Positions 22,635 through 36,876 of a stretch of 64,000 nucleotides of DNA are shown piece after piece. Source of the stretch: Calcarisporiella thermophila CBS 279.70. Taxonomy: Eukaryota; Fungi; Calcarisporiellomycota. The translations under genes and the position numbers were made by a program. Every line of letters begins with the position of its first letter. The first letter of the stretch is position 1. The notes under the pieces were generated by a model. It ran no database searches. It saw nothing but the letters and a program-made list of their open reading frames with translations, and was not told the DNA's origin. The stretch covers positions 190,868 to 254,867 of the forward strand of contig NW_027192210.1 in NCBI RefSeq assembly GCF_041956535.1. The letters are read 5' to 3'.

Positions 22635-24765
22635 CTAATAGCCCTGAGCATATCCGGACGGATACGTGGGCCCTCCTGCCTGGGGATGGCCGACATAGGG
22701 GGAGGCGGGGTAATCTCCGGCCACCGGCGGTTGCGGGTGATGCTCGGGCCCAGGTTGATTTTGGGGTGGAGCGGGAGCGGGAGGTGCATAATAGGTTCCC
22801 TGCTGCTGCGGTTGGGGCGGCTCATAGCCCTGCTCCGGCCGATAGGATTGTTGTTGCTGTGCGGGCGGTGAGCTTAGGTGCGAATAGGGTGGGGCATAGC
22901 CTGCACTAGGATCTTGTCGCGGGGCCGAGTGCTGTGGAGGGTACCCACCGACTGGGCCCGGGGGATAGCCTTCGCCATAGCCATGGGGCTGCTGGGGGGG
23001 ATAGGGGGGGGGATACTGTGATTCAGGGGCCAGTGGGGCAAAGGGAACAGAGGGGGAGTAGGGCGCGGTGGAGGCAGGGGCTGAGGAGTAGCCTTGCGGC
23101 GGGTAGGAGCCGTAGTTTTGGGCGTGGTGGGCGTGGTGGGCGGGTGGTTGCCCGCTGTATCTGGAAATCGAGGCCTCCATGAGTTGGTCGTAAGTACCGC
23201 GTGCCTTGAGGAACTTATCGTTGAGAGAGATCAGCTCATCTACAAGCAATCGAAGAGTTTTGAGAACATTTCCCCTCCCACGATATAAAATCCAGCCGTG
23301 AGGCAAACTTACCCTTTCGCTGGCTATATTTTTCAATCAATTTTACTAGCTTCGGTCGGATGGTGAGCACACGGTTATAGAGTGTCTATGGAAGTTGTCC
23401 GCACAACGGGTTAGATATCTCTTTTCTCTTCAAAAAAAAAACATACAGCACTAAAAAAAAGAGAATACAAAATACCTGTAGCCGCTCGTTTTCCGAGAAA
23501 TTATCCTTTTGGGGATCCACGGAAGAGAGCATTTCAACCAGGTCCTCGATGTTCTTCGACTCCGATAACACCTGTGACTCCATCTCCGCCTCGCGCACCA
23601 AGTCTTCCGGTGTCGGGTCCTGCAGGAACTCTACGTAGTTTACGGGGAAAATGCCAATACGTCCCTGAAGTTGGCCTTTCCACCAGTCGCGGTAGTGGCT
23701 CTCGAGCACGCGGATCACGTCACCCTTCTGAAACCCAAGCTCGCCCTGCTCCGTAGGAACAAAGTCATAGAGGGCGCGGACTCGAGAGACCTTTTGTGGT
23801 TGCTCGGGCTCCTTGGGCTTATCCGGCATTTTGTGCTGTTGAGGCTAGAGACATCCAATGTTAGTCGCAAAAAAAAAAAGCTGGAGGGGGACGAGAAGGG
23901 CCAGTCTGTAAGTGAATATAGTAAAGTACCTGATAGCCGTGCCTAGAGCTGTGTTTCTCACTCTCCGAGAGAGAGAGGGCCAATGCAAGCTGCAGCTCCT
24001 CCTCCTCCTTCTGTCTATCCAATTCCGTCTTGAAAATGAAAGTGGTGAAAGAGTGGTTAGAAATGAACCCTCGCCATCTTGGCAGTTCTAGAAAATCCCC
24101 CACCTGTGTGTATTCCTTCTTGGGCTTCTGGGGAGATGGAAACACAAATCCTTGCTGACGCAAGCTCTGATAAGTCTCTTCCATGATGCCAAGCGATGGA
24201 TCGGATCTGAACTCATGAGACCATTGCTGCACCAACTCCAGAATCCGTGTGCGCACGCGCTCATGATTGGCCTTGTCCTTGGCCAGCTTGACAAGGAGAG
24301 ATGTAAATGCGCGCGAGGCGACCTCTCGGTGCAACTCTACTCCACAATTTTTGACTAGTGCCTCCGTTAGAGTGAGTGTGTAGAGCTGAACATTGGCATT
24401 GGCCATTTGGAGGCGCTTTTGCACCACAGCAATGCAATCACGCGCACTTGATTAGAAGTGAAAGAGAGGGGATCGGTGCATTAATAACGGAAAATCCATC
24501 AAAGCTCTTCTCTCGCACAATTTATCTATATCTATACTTACTCATTAGCATTGTGTACTTTATCGCAGACTTCGAGGATCAGCTGCCAATTTTCGCTGGT
24601 CAGATTTTCTGATGTTGCGCTAGCTATATTTCGAATTCGAGAAAAAGGAAAAGAAAAAGAGGTTGTGACACGATTAGCAATCCCCAGAATGGAATAGCAT
24701 TAAGATGCAAATGCTCTTTCAGTACCGATTGGCTCTTCAAATGTATTGGTTGTCGATCGGAACAT
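22635..24765 (-). CDS. HSE1: ESCRT-0 subunit Hse1/STAM (VHS-UIM-SH3-GAT, Pro/Tyr-rich tail)
   Basis: MFRSTTNTFEEPI|ASATSENLTSENWQLILEVCDKV (VHS), KEEEELQLALALSLSE (UIM), RVRALYDFVPTEQGELGFQKGD...WWKG...GIFPVNYV (SH3). Confidence 0.95.
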
Positions 24766-25761
24766 GATGTTAGAAAGGGGGAGGGATGAATGCGAGATGG
24801 ATCGATGAAAAGCGGATGCAAGCTCTTCGTTTCTTGGCCACAGGGTTTTTGGAAGAACACAGGTGAGAAAAACGCAAGCCATCGGTGGCTTGGACTTCTC
24901 GCCAGCTCTGAAATCAGAGTTTTGTGGCTTGGGAATGCAGGGGTGAATATTGAAGTATTACACTACGAGTTGTAGTCTACAACTGATCCCGAAACTGGCT
25001 ATAGGCCATACCGACATGAAGTGGGGGATTCGGCGAGAAGGGTAAATGGCTGAAAATGTAGTCGGGTTTTTGAGAGGTTTTATCGAATCATCCGTCCGCT
25101 TCCTCAAAGACAGCACGAAATTGCAATTAATTCTCCATCGAATTTTAGCCAGCCAATTTTCTTATTGTTGGCCAGGGTGGGGGTCACCTGGACCTGTGGT
25201 TTGCATCGGTTGCGGGCCAAAGGTCCTTCAATTAATAAAAAACAGGAGCACTCTGTAATGAAGATCCTTACCCGTTGGAATCGTGGGTGTGATTGGTAAT
25301 CCGGTTCCTCCTCTTAAATATAATTTAAAATAATGTCAGATTTTAATATAACTTTATTTTTCAGTGCCGAAATTGGCAGTCACAGATAAGGACTCAAGGG
25401 AGAAGCCAGATCGATAGGGAGAATCAAACGAATAGGAAAGGAGAGAAAAGGATTGGAATGGAAGAGTAGGTAAAAAAAAAAAGAAAGCAAGAGAAAGTAA
25501 AAAGAGAGAAGCACGAACAAACGAGGCTAGTAAAAATTACACATTAAGAAAGTAGAGAAGAGAAAAAGAAAAAAGAAAAAAAAGTAATCAAGGAGAGAAA
25601 AAATTCGTCGTGGTAAAGTATTTATATATATATATTTATATATGTGTATCGAAAGGGTAAAGGAGAGTTTCGATTAACTAAGCAAGCAAAAGGAGAGATT
25701 ATTGGGTGTAAAAATATCCTCTAAATGAACAGAACCGACATAAGGAGATATGTCTATATGT

Positions 25762-27037
25762 CTACCATAACCGCTGTCTTGGATCCATATTCTCATCGGC
25801 CTCCTCCCCATCCTTCTCCCAAATCCGGCCATGTTCCCAAACACGATCCATGGGGGGTGTGGGCATGCCATGCACCACGATCGGGACAAACCTATTCCCT
25901 TCATCAGCCCATCGCATCACACGCACGCTGGCACACTCATAGGCTGGCGACGCATACTTGTCGTGCACAACGCGCGACACCTGGCAGAGGCAATGATCGA
26001 GAAGTTGGACTAGCCCAGTGAGGCTGTCGTCTACTCTCTATTATTCGGGCAGAGAAGAGAGATTAGCTACTGCATCCTGGATCCTTCACCCCGGCTCAAT
26101 GGGCTAGTGGTTGCATTTTTTCCTCCCCTCTTGCTATCCAATTCAAGGAAGTAGAGCCCTTGGAGGCTAATTTCATTACCTCATTCTCAAGAATATATCT
26201 CGCAAATGCCAAGCATGCCCTTGCGACCCTGCATGCCCCAACTCCCACGAACCCCCGGTGAAACAACGAGACCTCCATCAGAAACCGTGCGACCCCCAAC
26301 ACCTCCCTCGACTCCATGCCCCCTTCTCTCTCGACTATCAGCCTTAGAAATGCCTCCGGGGTGGGGGCTCCAACTCTCCATCCAATGGTCGCCAAAATAT
26401 GCGCCTCCATCCGATCAAATGCCCGCTCTTCATACGCATTATCGCACAGCACCCTGAGCCGTCGCTTTCGCGGCACACGCGCACTCTCTTCGTATTTGGT
26501 TGCCAGCCACAGGCAGGTGACGCCAACCAGTTGATAGTGCTTGCGGGTCACAATAACTCGCGACATGTACCGGTTCATAAGATTCACAGCAAGGTGTAGG
26601 GTTTCGGAAAGTAGGCCCAGGTGTGAATGCACTTGAACAAGAAAATCGAGGAGAAGAGGGCGCAATTCCCAGCCGACCTCTGCACACGGATTAAGAAAGA
26701 TGAAATGAATCACATGCAAATAATACACTTCAATAGAGGAAATTACCAGGCTGCTGATCGATATTGGCGACATTGGGTAGAGTTTCCCTCTATTTGAGGA
26801 TCCATGATTAGCATCGCAGCACTTTCAAGTCAAATGGACAATCAGCGTAGGCATGTTTACCTCCTGTTCTCTCATGACCATCCAAGTTTCCTCCCGCTCT
26901 TCTTCCTCCTCTGTCATCAGACGCTCCCATGGCGCCGCAAAAGAAAAAAGAGCAAATTTGAGATGATGTGGCGAAGTTTTCCGTGTAGAGCGCTTGAAGG
27001 GCGAATCACGTCGCTTTGTTACTCGTGAATTTAACAT
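25762..27037 (-). CDS. G1-type cyclin (Puc1/Ccn1/Cln-like)
   Basis: Spliced ...MREQE|RETLPNVANIDQQP|EVGWELRPLLLDFLVQVH...ETLHLAVNLMNRY...YQLVGVTCLWLATKYEE (cyclin box). The last exon contains MPTPP. Start codon uncertain. Confidence 0.85.
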
Positions 27038-27696
27038 TTTTGTGATAGAAAAATGAAGGGGAGGGGGAGGGAGGATGAGGATGGGAATGGATTCAGATTT
27101 AGGGGAAAATAAAGGAATGTGCCAGGAGGGACCCGTCGCTCGTGATGGGAAAAGCTGTAATGTTGAGTGAATTTTCAGGGGGAAGCGAAGAGAGGATTTA
27201 TGAAGAGAAGAGGGGGGATGAGGAGAAAAATGGTAAATTAGGATCCTCTCTCTTCACAATGTCTTGGACCCGCCCAGAAAATATAGCAACACACAGGCTT
27301 CTGGTTGACTAAATTAATAGAACATGAAATGGCCACCCAGCGTGTGTGTGTGTGTGTTTAAAATGGAAGGAGCGGAAAGAGGACAACAACGAGAACAAAG
27401 AATAGAGAAATGCAAGGAAGCAGCCTATTGCAGCCAGTGCTGGGATATTTTGTGCTGAGATAGTCGAATAGTTTGGGCTGAGAAGCACCGAAGTAGAAGC
27501 ATTTTTTTTTTTTCAACTTAATTTAGCATTGTTGCGGAATGGAAAACAAAATCAACTCAAATATCAGCCCATTGCAATTGGCACCCATAACAAAAATAAC
27601 AATAGCAACTCATATATGCATATAGAAAAGGGTCGAATAATGAGAAGAATGGGGACGGAAAAAAGACATCCAATGTTTTAAATTACACTATTGAAG

Positions 27697-28383
27697 TTAG
27701 GACGACTGTGGCGATGGAGGATGGATATCGAGCTATTCCAAAAAAGTAATTGGAAGACGAGTTAGATGAGCGCAGTTGGTTCACAGAAAATAGCCCAGCG
27801 GCTGTAAGCATACCTGGGGCATGACCGGCCGATTTTGGTCTGCTGCGTACCTGTTCATGGCTATCCCTATGCCTTCAATTAGCGAGAGCAGCACTCCCCC
27901 AATGACGGCCGAGGTCAGGGCAACTTTCGCGCCACCGCGTGCGCTCAGCACCCCGCCCGTCACAAACCCGCTCATGATGGAATTCCAGGGGTCTTCCTTT
28001 TGCCGGATGGATTTAAATCCACAGTCAAATGTAGAGAAGAGGCCCCCCCACACCGCAAAGTTGCCACCAAGGACGGGCGCGCGAGCCTTCATGGCGGAGA
28101 GAGCGCCCGCAATGCGCTCTCCATTAGGACTGTTTTTGGCACCCTTCACGCTGTGCCATATCCCGCCGCCGATGGCTCCCATGGAAAAGGCACCTACATA
28201 TAAATGATGTAAAGCCATGTTCATTGGAGGAACTCTTCCCATGCATACCGCCCAAATCGTTCAGAATAACCCAGGGGCTGGTGACAGGGATGGAGGAGTG
28301 CATCAATTTGACAATCAGAAACAACCGCTAAAATAGCAAGATGCCTACCATGGATCGCGTGTACTATCACCTCCTCGCGGCAT
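27697..28383 (-). CDS. TIM17: Mitochondrial inner membrane translocase Tim17
   Basis: MPRGGDSTRDPC|PWVILNDLGG|AFSMGAIGGGIWHSVKGAKNSP...ARAPVLGGNFAVWGGLFSTFDC...KEDPWNSI. Confidence 0.96.
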
Positions 28384-28882
28384 GCTCTGTTCATCAATGG
28401 AGAACAAGAATGACAGCCTTATCCTTGAAATTTCCAAATGGGGGGCTTTTTTTTTTCTCTCCTTGCACCGAACGCAGTCACAGCTTTCTCTCCAACGCGA
28501 GGTGAGGCGATCCTCTTCATAGATTTCGCTTGATAACTCAATGCTACCGACAGATACAATACGCTCCATTCGCATCCAAACAATATCCCCAAGTGCCGCT
28601 GCTATTCCAGGACTGCATATTGCTGTCTCATTTCATGAGTTGAAGTAAAGTGTCGTTGTTTATTGGAAGTGCTAACCGAGAGGAGATATATTAACAAGCA
28701 AAAAAAATCTAATAGTGAAAACAGAGGGAAGCTTGATGCTGACGTTTGGCATTATGTGTGCAAGCTGGTGCGTTCTGTGGTTGGCACCGTGTCGTGCGAT
28801 GGAATCGATGGCAAGAAGGTATTACCATATCGCTTCGATCCCATTCTAGCCAGACACTTAGTTTTCTCGACCATTTTAGGGG

Positions 28883-29824
28883 ATGGACCATTCCTCTCCT
28901 GCAGCACTAGCATTCTCCCATTTCATCACCGTAAACAATTACCGCTATTTCTACGCTAATTCGACACATACGTTGCATTCATTCGAAGGAGCTTATGAAT
29001 GGATCGATGTTGAACTCAGACCACATGATGGCATTATCACTTCACATCGCTTTCTAAAAGGGGGCGGATTCGAGCGGATCAGGGGTCGACTGCTGCACAA
29101 GGAGAGCGATACACCGCTTGTGGAATGGGACCAGGAGCACGTGGAAACGCTGTCGCCACCGGAAAACCGCCCATTCTTAAAGGCATCCCATGCAACGTGG
29201 CTAGATCCTTCACGCGGATTCCACCCGACCCTCCATACCTCTCTCTCATCGGCTTCTCCTCCGCGCAATTATTGTGAACTGGAAGCGATCTATGTGCTCC
29301 CGAGCGATTTTTTCGCAGATCCCTACCAGCTGCGCGACTTGAACACGGCGAAGACAAGGGTCTGGGTGTATGGGGAAACCGACCTAGAGCTTCCAGTGGA
29401 CGCGATTCAAAGGTGGGGCAGCGTGATTCGAGTGAGAAAGGAGGCAGGCGAGGACCATGAGTGGACAATACCCATTCATATGCGATATCAGCGACTAAAC
29501 GATTCGGGAGAGTCAGAAGTCCGAGCCAACGCCCCCCTCGTCGGCTGGGTGTGCCCTTATGATTCGAGGCGGGATTACCCCGCCCCCTTACCGGAGACGC
29601 TTTTGCTCTCTCCTAGCCAGCAATTCCACCCTCTCCTTCCGGACGCCTCCAAGGAGGTGCGGATTCGGGTTCCAACGGGGCGGCCCCAAGACCGCGGCGT
29701 TATAGCTTGGGGCACCTTCCTGGGACTGGGCTTGGCAACGCTTTGGCTCAGCTACACAATCCTACGGGCATGGACTAGAGCGCTCCGGAGAGAGCGGAAG
29801 GGTAAAGCGGCGAAGCGGGACTAA
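28883..29824 (+). CDS. PIG-X/Pbn1 family GPI mannosyltransferase I subunit
   Basis: GFHPTL...CELEAIYVLPSDFFADPYQL...VYGETDLELPV...IPIHMRYQ...VPTG, followed by a C-terminal TM helix and basic tail. Single exon. Confidence 0.85.
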   Translation: MDHSSPAALAFSHFITVNNYRYFYANSTHTLHSFEGAYEWIDVELRPHDGIITSHRFLKGGGFERIRGRLLHKESDTPLVEWDQEHVETLSPPENRPFLKASHATWLDPSRGFHPTLHTSLSSASPPRNYCELEAIYVLPSDFFADPYQLRDLNTAKTRVWVYGETDLELPVDAIQRWGSVIRVRKEAGEDHEWTIPIHMRYQRLNDSGESEVRANAPLVGWVCPYDSRRDYPAPLPETLLLSPSQQFHPLLPDASKEVRIRVPTGRPQDRGVIAWGTFLGLGLATLWLSYTILRAWTRALRRERKGKAAKRD

Positions 29825-30211
29825 TTATTTAACACGGTGTGCTCAAAAACTGTAAATTTTTCCTCTCTCTTTTTCCCCTATCTCATCTATTTACTTTCGT
29901 CCTATTCCCTCTGCCTTGTTTTCCTCTGCTTTGCCCTTTTTTTCTTTGAATAGGGAGAATCGAATTATATGCAGTATATATATATATATATAACAGAAAG
30001 GGGAAAAAAAAACACACATAGAAACAGAAGAGAAGAAGAAAAAACACTGTCCTACTACATTAAGAGGAGGAAACACAGTCTGCTTCCTACTGCTCGGAAT
30101 AAAAAAGGAAGAGAAATGAGAAATGAGAAGCAATTTCCAAAAGAGAATGGTGCCATTTAAAAATCAAAGAAAATTCACAACAAGCGAGACAAAAAGGAAA
30201 AATAATATTTA

Positions 30212-31080
30212 TCAGAGCTCCATGCCCTTGGCCTCGTCATCGTCCGAGAATGATCCTAAACTACTCATCTCTTCATCTTCCGAGCTTTCATCGTCTGCTG
30301 CATCGGCTGCTTCTTTTGTCGCATAGCGGGAAACATATTCTACACAGCATAGGAGAAGGGCTCAACATTAGCTAGATCGAAGCCCTTTCCAATTCAGCCG
30401 CATTGCCTTACCTTTCACCCGCTTTTCATATCCCTGTGGATCTCGCATCAAGAGTGCAGCCGCCTCCCCATTCAGAGGGTCGGTCGGATTCGGATAGCGC
30501 AGCAGCTGTGGGAGGAACACTTCGAACACGTTGAAGAGCGAGTAGAGCGCAGTCCACTGTTGATTGATCACATCTAAACATACCGAGCCGCTCCTATGAT
30601 GATAAGCCACAAGCGATGGATGTTCAGTAAGGAGGAGGGACCATGATCAAAGCAAAGATATGGTATGTTTACATTTCATCGATGTTCGGATGGAAGATCT
30701 TGTTCACGAATCCAATCGATGGCGATTTGTAGGGATATTGGTCGGGCAACTCGACATGAACTTTCCACACGCCGCCAGCAAAGGGGGCTATTGCCAGAAA
30801 CACAGGGGCATTAGTCACACCTTAGTCAATGGGTGCCAAGCTTCTCATAAAATAAAACCTACTGTCAGAAGGCCCATGGAATCGTACGTAGAATTCCTGC
30901 ATGTTGTCATTGACCAGATTGACCTCATAATCCGACATGAGCCTAAAAAGGAAAATCATGGAAATGTTAGTACCAGCAACGATGGCCAATGTCATCCGGA
31001 AAGGCATGATTAAAGGGCATCCGGGAGATAATTTACAATTTCATAACATCGGTTTCCATACGACGCCGGGGGGATGACAT
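30212..31080 (-). CDS. UBC8: Ubiquitin-conjugating enzyme E2 H (Ubc8)
   Basis: [15 protein letters not shown]|[24 protein letters not shown]...[33 protein letters not shown], with acidic tail ending KGMEL*. Confidence 0.96.
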
Positions 31081-31877
31081 GACTGACGGGATTCTCTACA
31101 GACTGGGCCGAAAGTAATGGAGGAAGGATAGATAGATTCTTAAAACTGAGGTGAAGAATGGGATAGAATAAAAACAAGAGATCTTATTTATTGGTTGAGT
31201 TCCGGGAGAAGCCGCTATTTGTTGATGGTTTAATCTTTGGAGGAAGAGAGGGTGTGAACAAGCGGAGGCAGAAACGGAGAGAAGAAAAAAATGAGGAAGA
31301 ACTTTTTACAAAAGATGAGAAGGATTAGGTCAAATTTTATGCTGCGGCGTGCTGCGGCCGAGGAGGGAGCAATCGGTCTGCCCACAGGCTGGGGGGTGAC
31401 AAGCGCTCTGTCTCTGGCTTTCCCTCGCCCCCTGTCAAGGTGGGATAGTCCGACCAGGACACAGCTGGTTCCGTGGCTTCCCCGCTCTAGGTTGGCTCCG
31501 GTGTTGTCGCCCTCGGCAACAGTCACGCGCTCCCATGAGAGAAGGGGAAAACATTCCAGGATGCGCTTTTGCTTGGATTAGAAGAAGTGACTCGGCCACT
31601 TTCATGTAATATTATACCGCCGGTGGACCAAGCTGGCCCACTTCGGTCGGAAGCAGGGCCGATTCAGCCAGAGAGCCCGCGGGCCAAACGACTCTGCTTC
31701 AGCAGCCATGCAAGACCCGGCTGGCAAGTTGGCAATTTGGATTCTGCAACAACTAAACCTAATTTGGTATAAGGTTCAAAAAAGAAAATTGATGGCTTCT
31801 AGAAGCATCGCCGATTTATTGGTAAAGGCCGACCAACGCGGTTGCCGTGTGTTTTTCTGTTCCTTCCGCATTCCATA

Positions 31878-33266
31878 ATGGCCATCCGTCGCATCGACAA
31901 TACGGAATCCCTCTTGGGAGACCCTGAAGCCAGAAGGATGGAGGCCTTCAATCTAAAACAGGGCATTCGGGCATTCTTATACTCCAGTCGACTAAATCTC
32001 GGACTCGTGTTTGTGCCGCTGGGCCTCCTAGCGCAAGTGCTTCACTGGCCGGCCAGCGCCGTGTTCACGCTGAACTTTCTCGCCATTATCCCGCTCGCAA
32101 AGCTTCTGGGATATGCGACAGAGGACGTCTCGCTGAGGGTTGGACACGTAATCATGCCCTTTTGTTTACCTTTTCTTTTCAACCCCCACCGTAGCTGACT
32201 TATTTCGATAAAGGCGCTCGGGGGGCTTCTCAATGCCACATTCGGCAACGCGGTCGAGCTTATTATCTCGATCTTTGCGCTAAAGCGCGGCATGATACAC
32301 GTTGTGCAAGCTTCGATGCTTGGCTCGATTCTGTCCAACCTCCTATTCGTACTTGGACTTAGCTTTTTCCTCGGAGGGCTTCGTTATCCCGAACAAATGT
32401 TCAACCAGACCGCGGCCCAAACCTCCGCCTCCATGATGGCCCTCTCGACCAGCTCGCTACTGCTGCCGGCCGCATTCAGATACTCGGTGGTTGGGGAAAA
32501 GCCCGTGGACATGGAACACCAGATCCTGGGAATCTCCCATGCTTCCGCAGTGTTGCTGCTGGCGATATACGTGGGGTATCTGATCTTCCAACTGCGCACA
32601 CATACTCAGTTTTTTGAGTCGGAGGAGGATCATAGCGAGGAGACCCCCGAGATGTCGCTCTCTTTCGGGATCTTGGCTCTGTTCCTCGTCACCACATTGA
32701 TTGCCCTCTGTGCAGAAGGGCTTGTGGGCGCTATCGAGGGCACCGTTGAGTCCTGGAACATCAGCTCGACCTTTGTCGGCCTTATACTCCTGCCCATTGT
32801 GGGGAATGCCGGCGAGCACGTATGGATTTGGCGGCTTTCCCCTTATAAGCTTTAGATTCCGATGCTTAACCTTACCCTGCATATCCTAGATCTCGGCAGT
32901 AACTTTTGCCTTGAAGGACAAAGTGGACCTGACAATTGGGATCGCGCTCGGGTCATCCTTGCAAATAGCGCTCTTTGTAACGCCGTTAATGGTCATCATT
33001 GGGTGGATCATCGGCCAGCCTATGTAAATATAGATTTTGAAAGGTGCGCTTGGATTCTATTTGGATAACTAACGGGGCGTCTCAAATTTTTCCCCAGGAC
33101 TCTCTGCTTCGATCTGTTTAGTACCGCCGTGCTTCTGATAAGCGTGCTGGTGACAAACTACATCATCAACGATGGCGCAAGTAATTGGCTCGAGGGCGCC
33201 CAGCTACTGGTGGCCTACTTCATCATCGCCATCAGCTACTTTTATTACCCGGACGTCGAAAATTAA
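31878..33266 (+). CDS. VCX1: Vacuolar Ca2+/H+ exchanger (CAX family)
   Basis: [63 protein letters not shown] and DGASNWLEG. Confidence 0.95.
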
Positions 33267-33566
33267 TACGTAGTGTGTGCTTTTGTTCTGTTTCGTTATC
33301 TTTAATTATTTGCTTTAATGTTGTGTTTTTTTTTCTTGTCGCACTTTACTTTCGTATTTAATGTAATAAAGATAAAAATTTTAATAAATAGCAAACGGGG
33401 GGTTGGATTTTGAGCGTGGATACAACAGTGAAGACAAGAGTACAATGCTGGTAAGGTATCTCAGTGGATGGTATCTGAAGAATGGAAACCTTGACCTTCG
33501 TATGGAAAAATGGTACATGAGACGGGTCTCGGAAGGCTCTATTTCCGTGGCCCTTCTAATTGGAGA

Positions 33567-36554
33567 CTATGTATTTCTAGGGGGGTACTGATCAGAGATC
33601 CTCCTGACATGATCCATCTCGTACCACAGATCGTCGGGTGCATTCGGTTGCTGGGCGTGTTGAGGGAAGTTGCCATGGACCGGAGGAGGGGGAGGAGGAG
33701 AAGAAGAAGGGGTGCGGTAAGACGGGCTCATACTCTGAAAATTAGGAGGCTGATCCGATGTTGCTATGGGAGGGGGTGGTACGGCAGAGAGCGGATTAGG
33801 GTCTCCAATGGGTCCATTGTAAGGAGTTGGATCCACCCATTCACGATGACCAGCCCCAGAACTTGCTTCGCGAGCAATATTGTGATGGGCTGCACCCGTG
33901 TGCGCACTCGGTGGTATGGCCATAGCCCCATTGGGATTCAACATAGCGGCGGGAGCAGCTCCACCGCTGGCTCTTCTCCGTGCCGGCTCCGATTGATTCA
34001 CCCGCTTCAATACCCTTCGTCTTCTTCTACAATACAAGACCCCATGCACCAACGCCGACACCAGCAGAATTCCCACCACAGTCAACACCGGGATGGCAAT
34101 CACCTTGTTTTGCAGGATCCAACTGGCGATGGTCGCTCCTATGTCCCCGGACTGGCAAGAGCCTCGGAGACATTTTCCTCCAAACCCACAGGGCGTCCCG
34201 TCTAAGAATACGCCATTGAGTTGAAGGCACCCTTGGGGATTGGATGGGTCGGCACACACCAACTGACAACTCGACTCTTGGAAGCCGCACTGACGAGTGA
34301 TGTTCATTCGGGTCCCTCTTGCCACACACTGAGCATCTCTCGACTACAAGGGTTCAAATCAAAACAGAAAAAATGTGAGTGTTCAAGCGGGTTTCGCGCA
34401 ATTGGGGTTTCCATGCCCCTACCGTGCATTGCCCTGAGGCACACTTGAGCCCATCCGATCCACAATCCGTCCCGTCTGGGAGCCGCTGGTTTGCAGGGCA
34501 GTTCGGGCTCTTTCCATCACACACCTCGTCAAGATCGCAGTGCGAGATCGCAGAACGGCAGAGTACCCCTGCTGGCTTCAAGCCGCAGGATTGACAGCAG
34601 TCGTTATTTGCATCGCTGCACACGGCGCCTGGTTTCAGGGTGCAATTGGCAAAGCAACAGGCATCCTCTTGTTGACCGGGATCGCACTGCTCTCCTTCCT
34701 CCAAGATGGAATTCCCACACATCGCCAGCGTCTCGATCCGACGCTGCCCAGGTGGTTGGAGGCAAAATCCCGTGCCCGGGATGGTGGAGCAGATATCGGC
34801 AACGGAACAGGGCGAGAAGTTATCGGTAAGAGCGTTATCCGCAGGACTCATAATGAACTGGTTTTGGGCATCGCATTGCTGCGAGTTGAGCGGGCAACAG
34901 TGGCAATTGCCCACGCACGGGCAGTCGGCCGCGGTGCAGTCGTGGATGGCCCCAAAGCCATGCCCCACCTCGTGGGCAACTACCTTCCATTCGTCACGTG
35001 TTATCGAAGACACCCCCGTCCCAGACACCTAGGCGCATCGAGTTCATTGACAAACATAAAAAAAAAATTGAACAAGGTCATAGGAGAGGATAGGGATCGG
35101 AAATAAGCCTACCCAGTTCACCGTGCCATCGGAATCTTGTCGCAGAGTGGAGGATGAGCACAGCTGCCCAACCCAGGCTATCCCCACCTTGATCCCTGTG
35201 GAGCATTTGGTCATCAGGTGCCACAGCCCGGCACCGTCTTCTCCCCTTTGGCCTCGCCACTGGCTAAAATCATTTAGGCGCATGTCGATCGTATAAGCAT
35301 CGCTGCAATCTCGATTCCAGGCCACGCTTTGCGAGTTGCAGGGCGGGGGAAAGATGTTGAGGTAGATGATCCCCAACGAGACATTGAAAAAGCGCTCGTA
35401 GATCCCCGAGGCCGTATTGAAATCGGTGATAATTTGGCGCCTGGCCGCATCCGACGACTGGTAGGCTTCAACGTAAGTGCAGTCGGCGGCCACCCCCATA
35501 TAGTTGATTAGCCTGGATTTGGGACACCCCCCCGCGGCCCTAGCTCTTAGCTCCCGTGGAAAGAATCTTCCCAATTGATTTTCTCCCACGAACGAACGTT
35601 CATAGAGCGACGTGTGGTTGAGCGAGGGGAGATCACTCCGACGAACACGGCTATGAAGTCCGGACACTCCACAAGTAGATGAGCTGTTTCCAGTCTGCAC
35701 GACGTCGCTATCTCGATACAATACCATCAACGCGTCCCCTGCGAATTCATCCGGATCGGGATCCTCAGCACGTTTAACACGTCGAAATACATGCTTAGGC
35801 CGGACATGGTATATTTCGCCCCAAGCACTGAAGGCCCCTTCGAACAGCAGCCGATTCGTCTCGCTATCCCTACATTCATTAGAGGGTTCAGGGAGTTTAT
35901 ACTTGTGTTTCTTGAGGGGAAAGAAGTGGAAAGCACATCCGCACGAAGAGCGGAGGGATGCTTCTGTTTACCCTGGATGTTCATGCACCACGATCCTTGC
36001 CCATCCCACGGACCCGTCCCTCCACCAGTCCCCGCTATCACGTACAACCCCAACCCAGTCGTGATCCCACCACCGTTTTGATATATCCTCGCCGACCGTG
36101 ACAGCACCCCTATAGACCCTCCACTCGTCTCGGCGCATGACTTCGCCTTTCCCGGATTCTCCCCAATTCAACCGCGCTTCCGGGTGAAAGAGGTCATCAT
36201 TGGGGTCTAGATGCAGATTGAAAGTGTGTCCAGGTACGTCAATCCGAATCCGCAGGGTGTCGTTGTGGCGAAGTTGGCCCTGATTTTCGGCGTGAAACCC
36301 CAAAATCTCGGCGGTAGGATGAATGGGATGGATAACGGTGAGGGGCGAATCAAGAAAGCTGTGTGCTAAATTATTCATGCAACGAAAAATGAGCGGATAA
36401 ATAGAGGGCCCGGACCAAGGCTGGAAATGCTCATGAAATGAAATGGAATTAGCTATCTACCCCTGACCAATGGCGCATGCGGCACCCACATCCAGAGCAG
36501 CAGCAGGCCGCATTGTACTATAGTGGAGCAGGCAACCAGCATTTTTTCGACCAT
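33567..36554 (-). CDS. ADAM family metalloprotease (signal, pro, M12B, disintegrin, Cys-rich, TM, Pro-rich tail)
   Basis: Zinc motif HEVGHGFGAIHD and Met-turn FIMSP. Disintegrin CGNSILEEGEQCD. TM segment VIAIPVLTVVGILLVSALV. Signal exon from ATG 36554. Confidence 0.93.
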
Positions 36555-36876
36555 GCTTTGCCAGAATGCTAGGAAAGGATCTTACCAATACTCTCAGCCC
36601 TGTTCTTGAAATTTCGAAAAGCCATCCAAAAACGGTGGCGAATAATGCCAAGATACCAAGAAAGTATGTGGACCCATGAATTATTTAAGGAAAAGCCTCG
36701 GATAAAATCCAGAGTTTTGATTGATCAGTGATCTTGATTTTAGGCTGATGATGAGTTTAAGAAAATTAAGTAATATATAAAAAAAAACAAGAGGCCTCTA
36801 AACTAGTACTCAATATCCATTCCCATACAAAATGCTTGGATAATAATGCTACATTTCCCCTTATTGACTGCATCGC

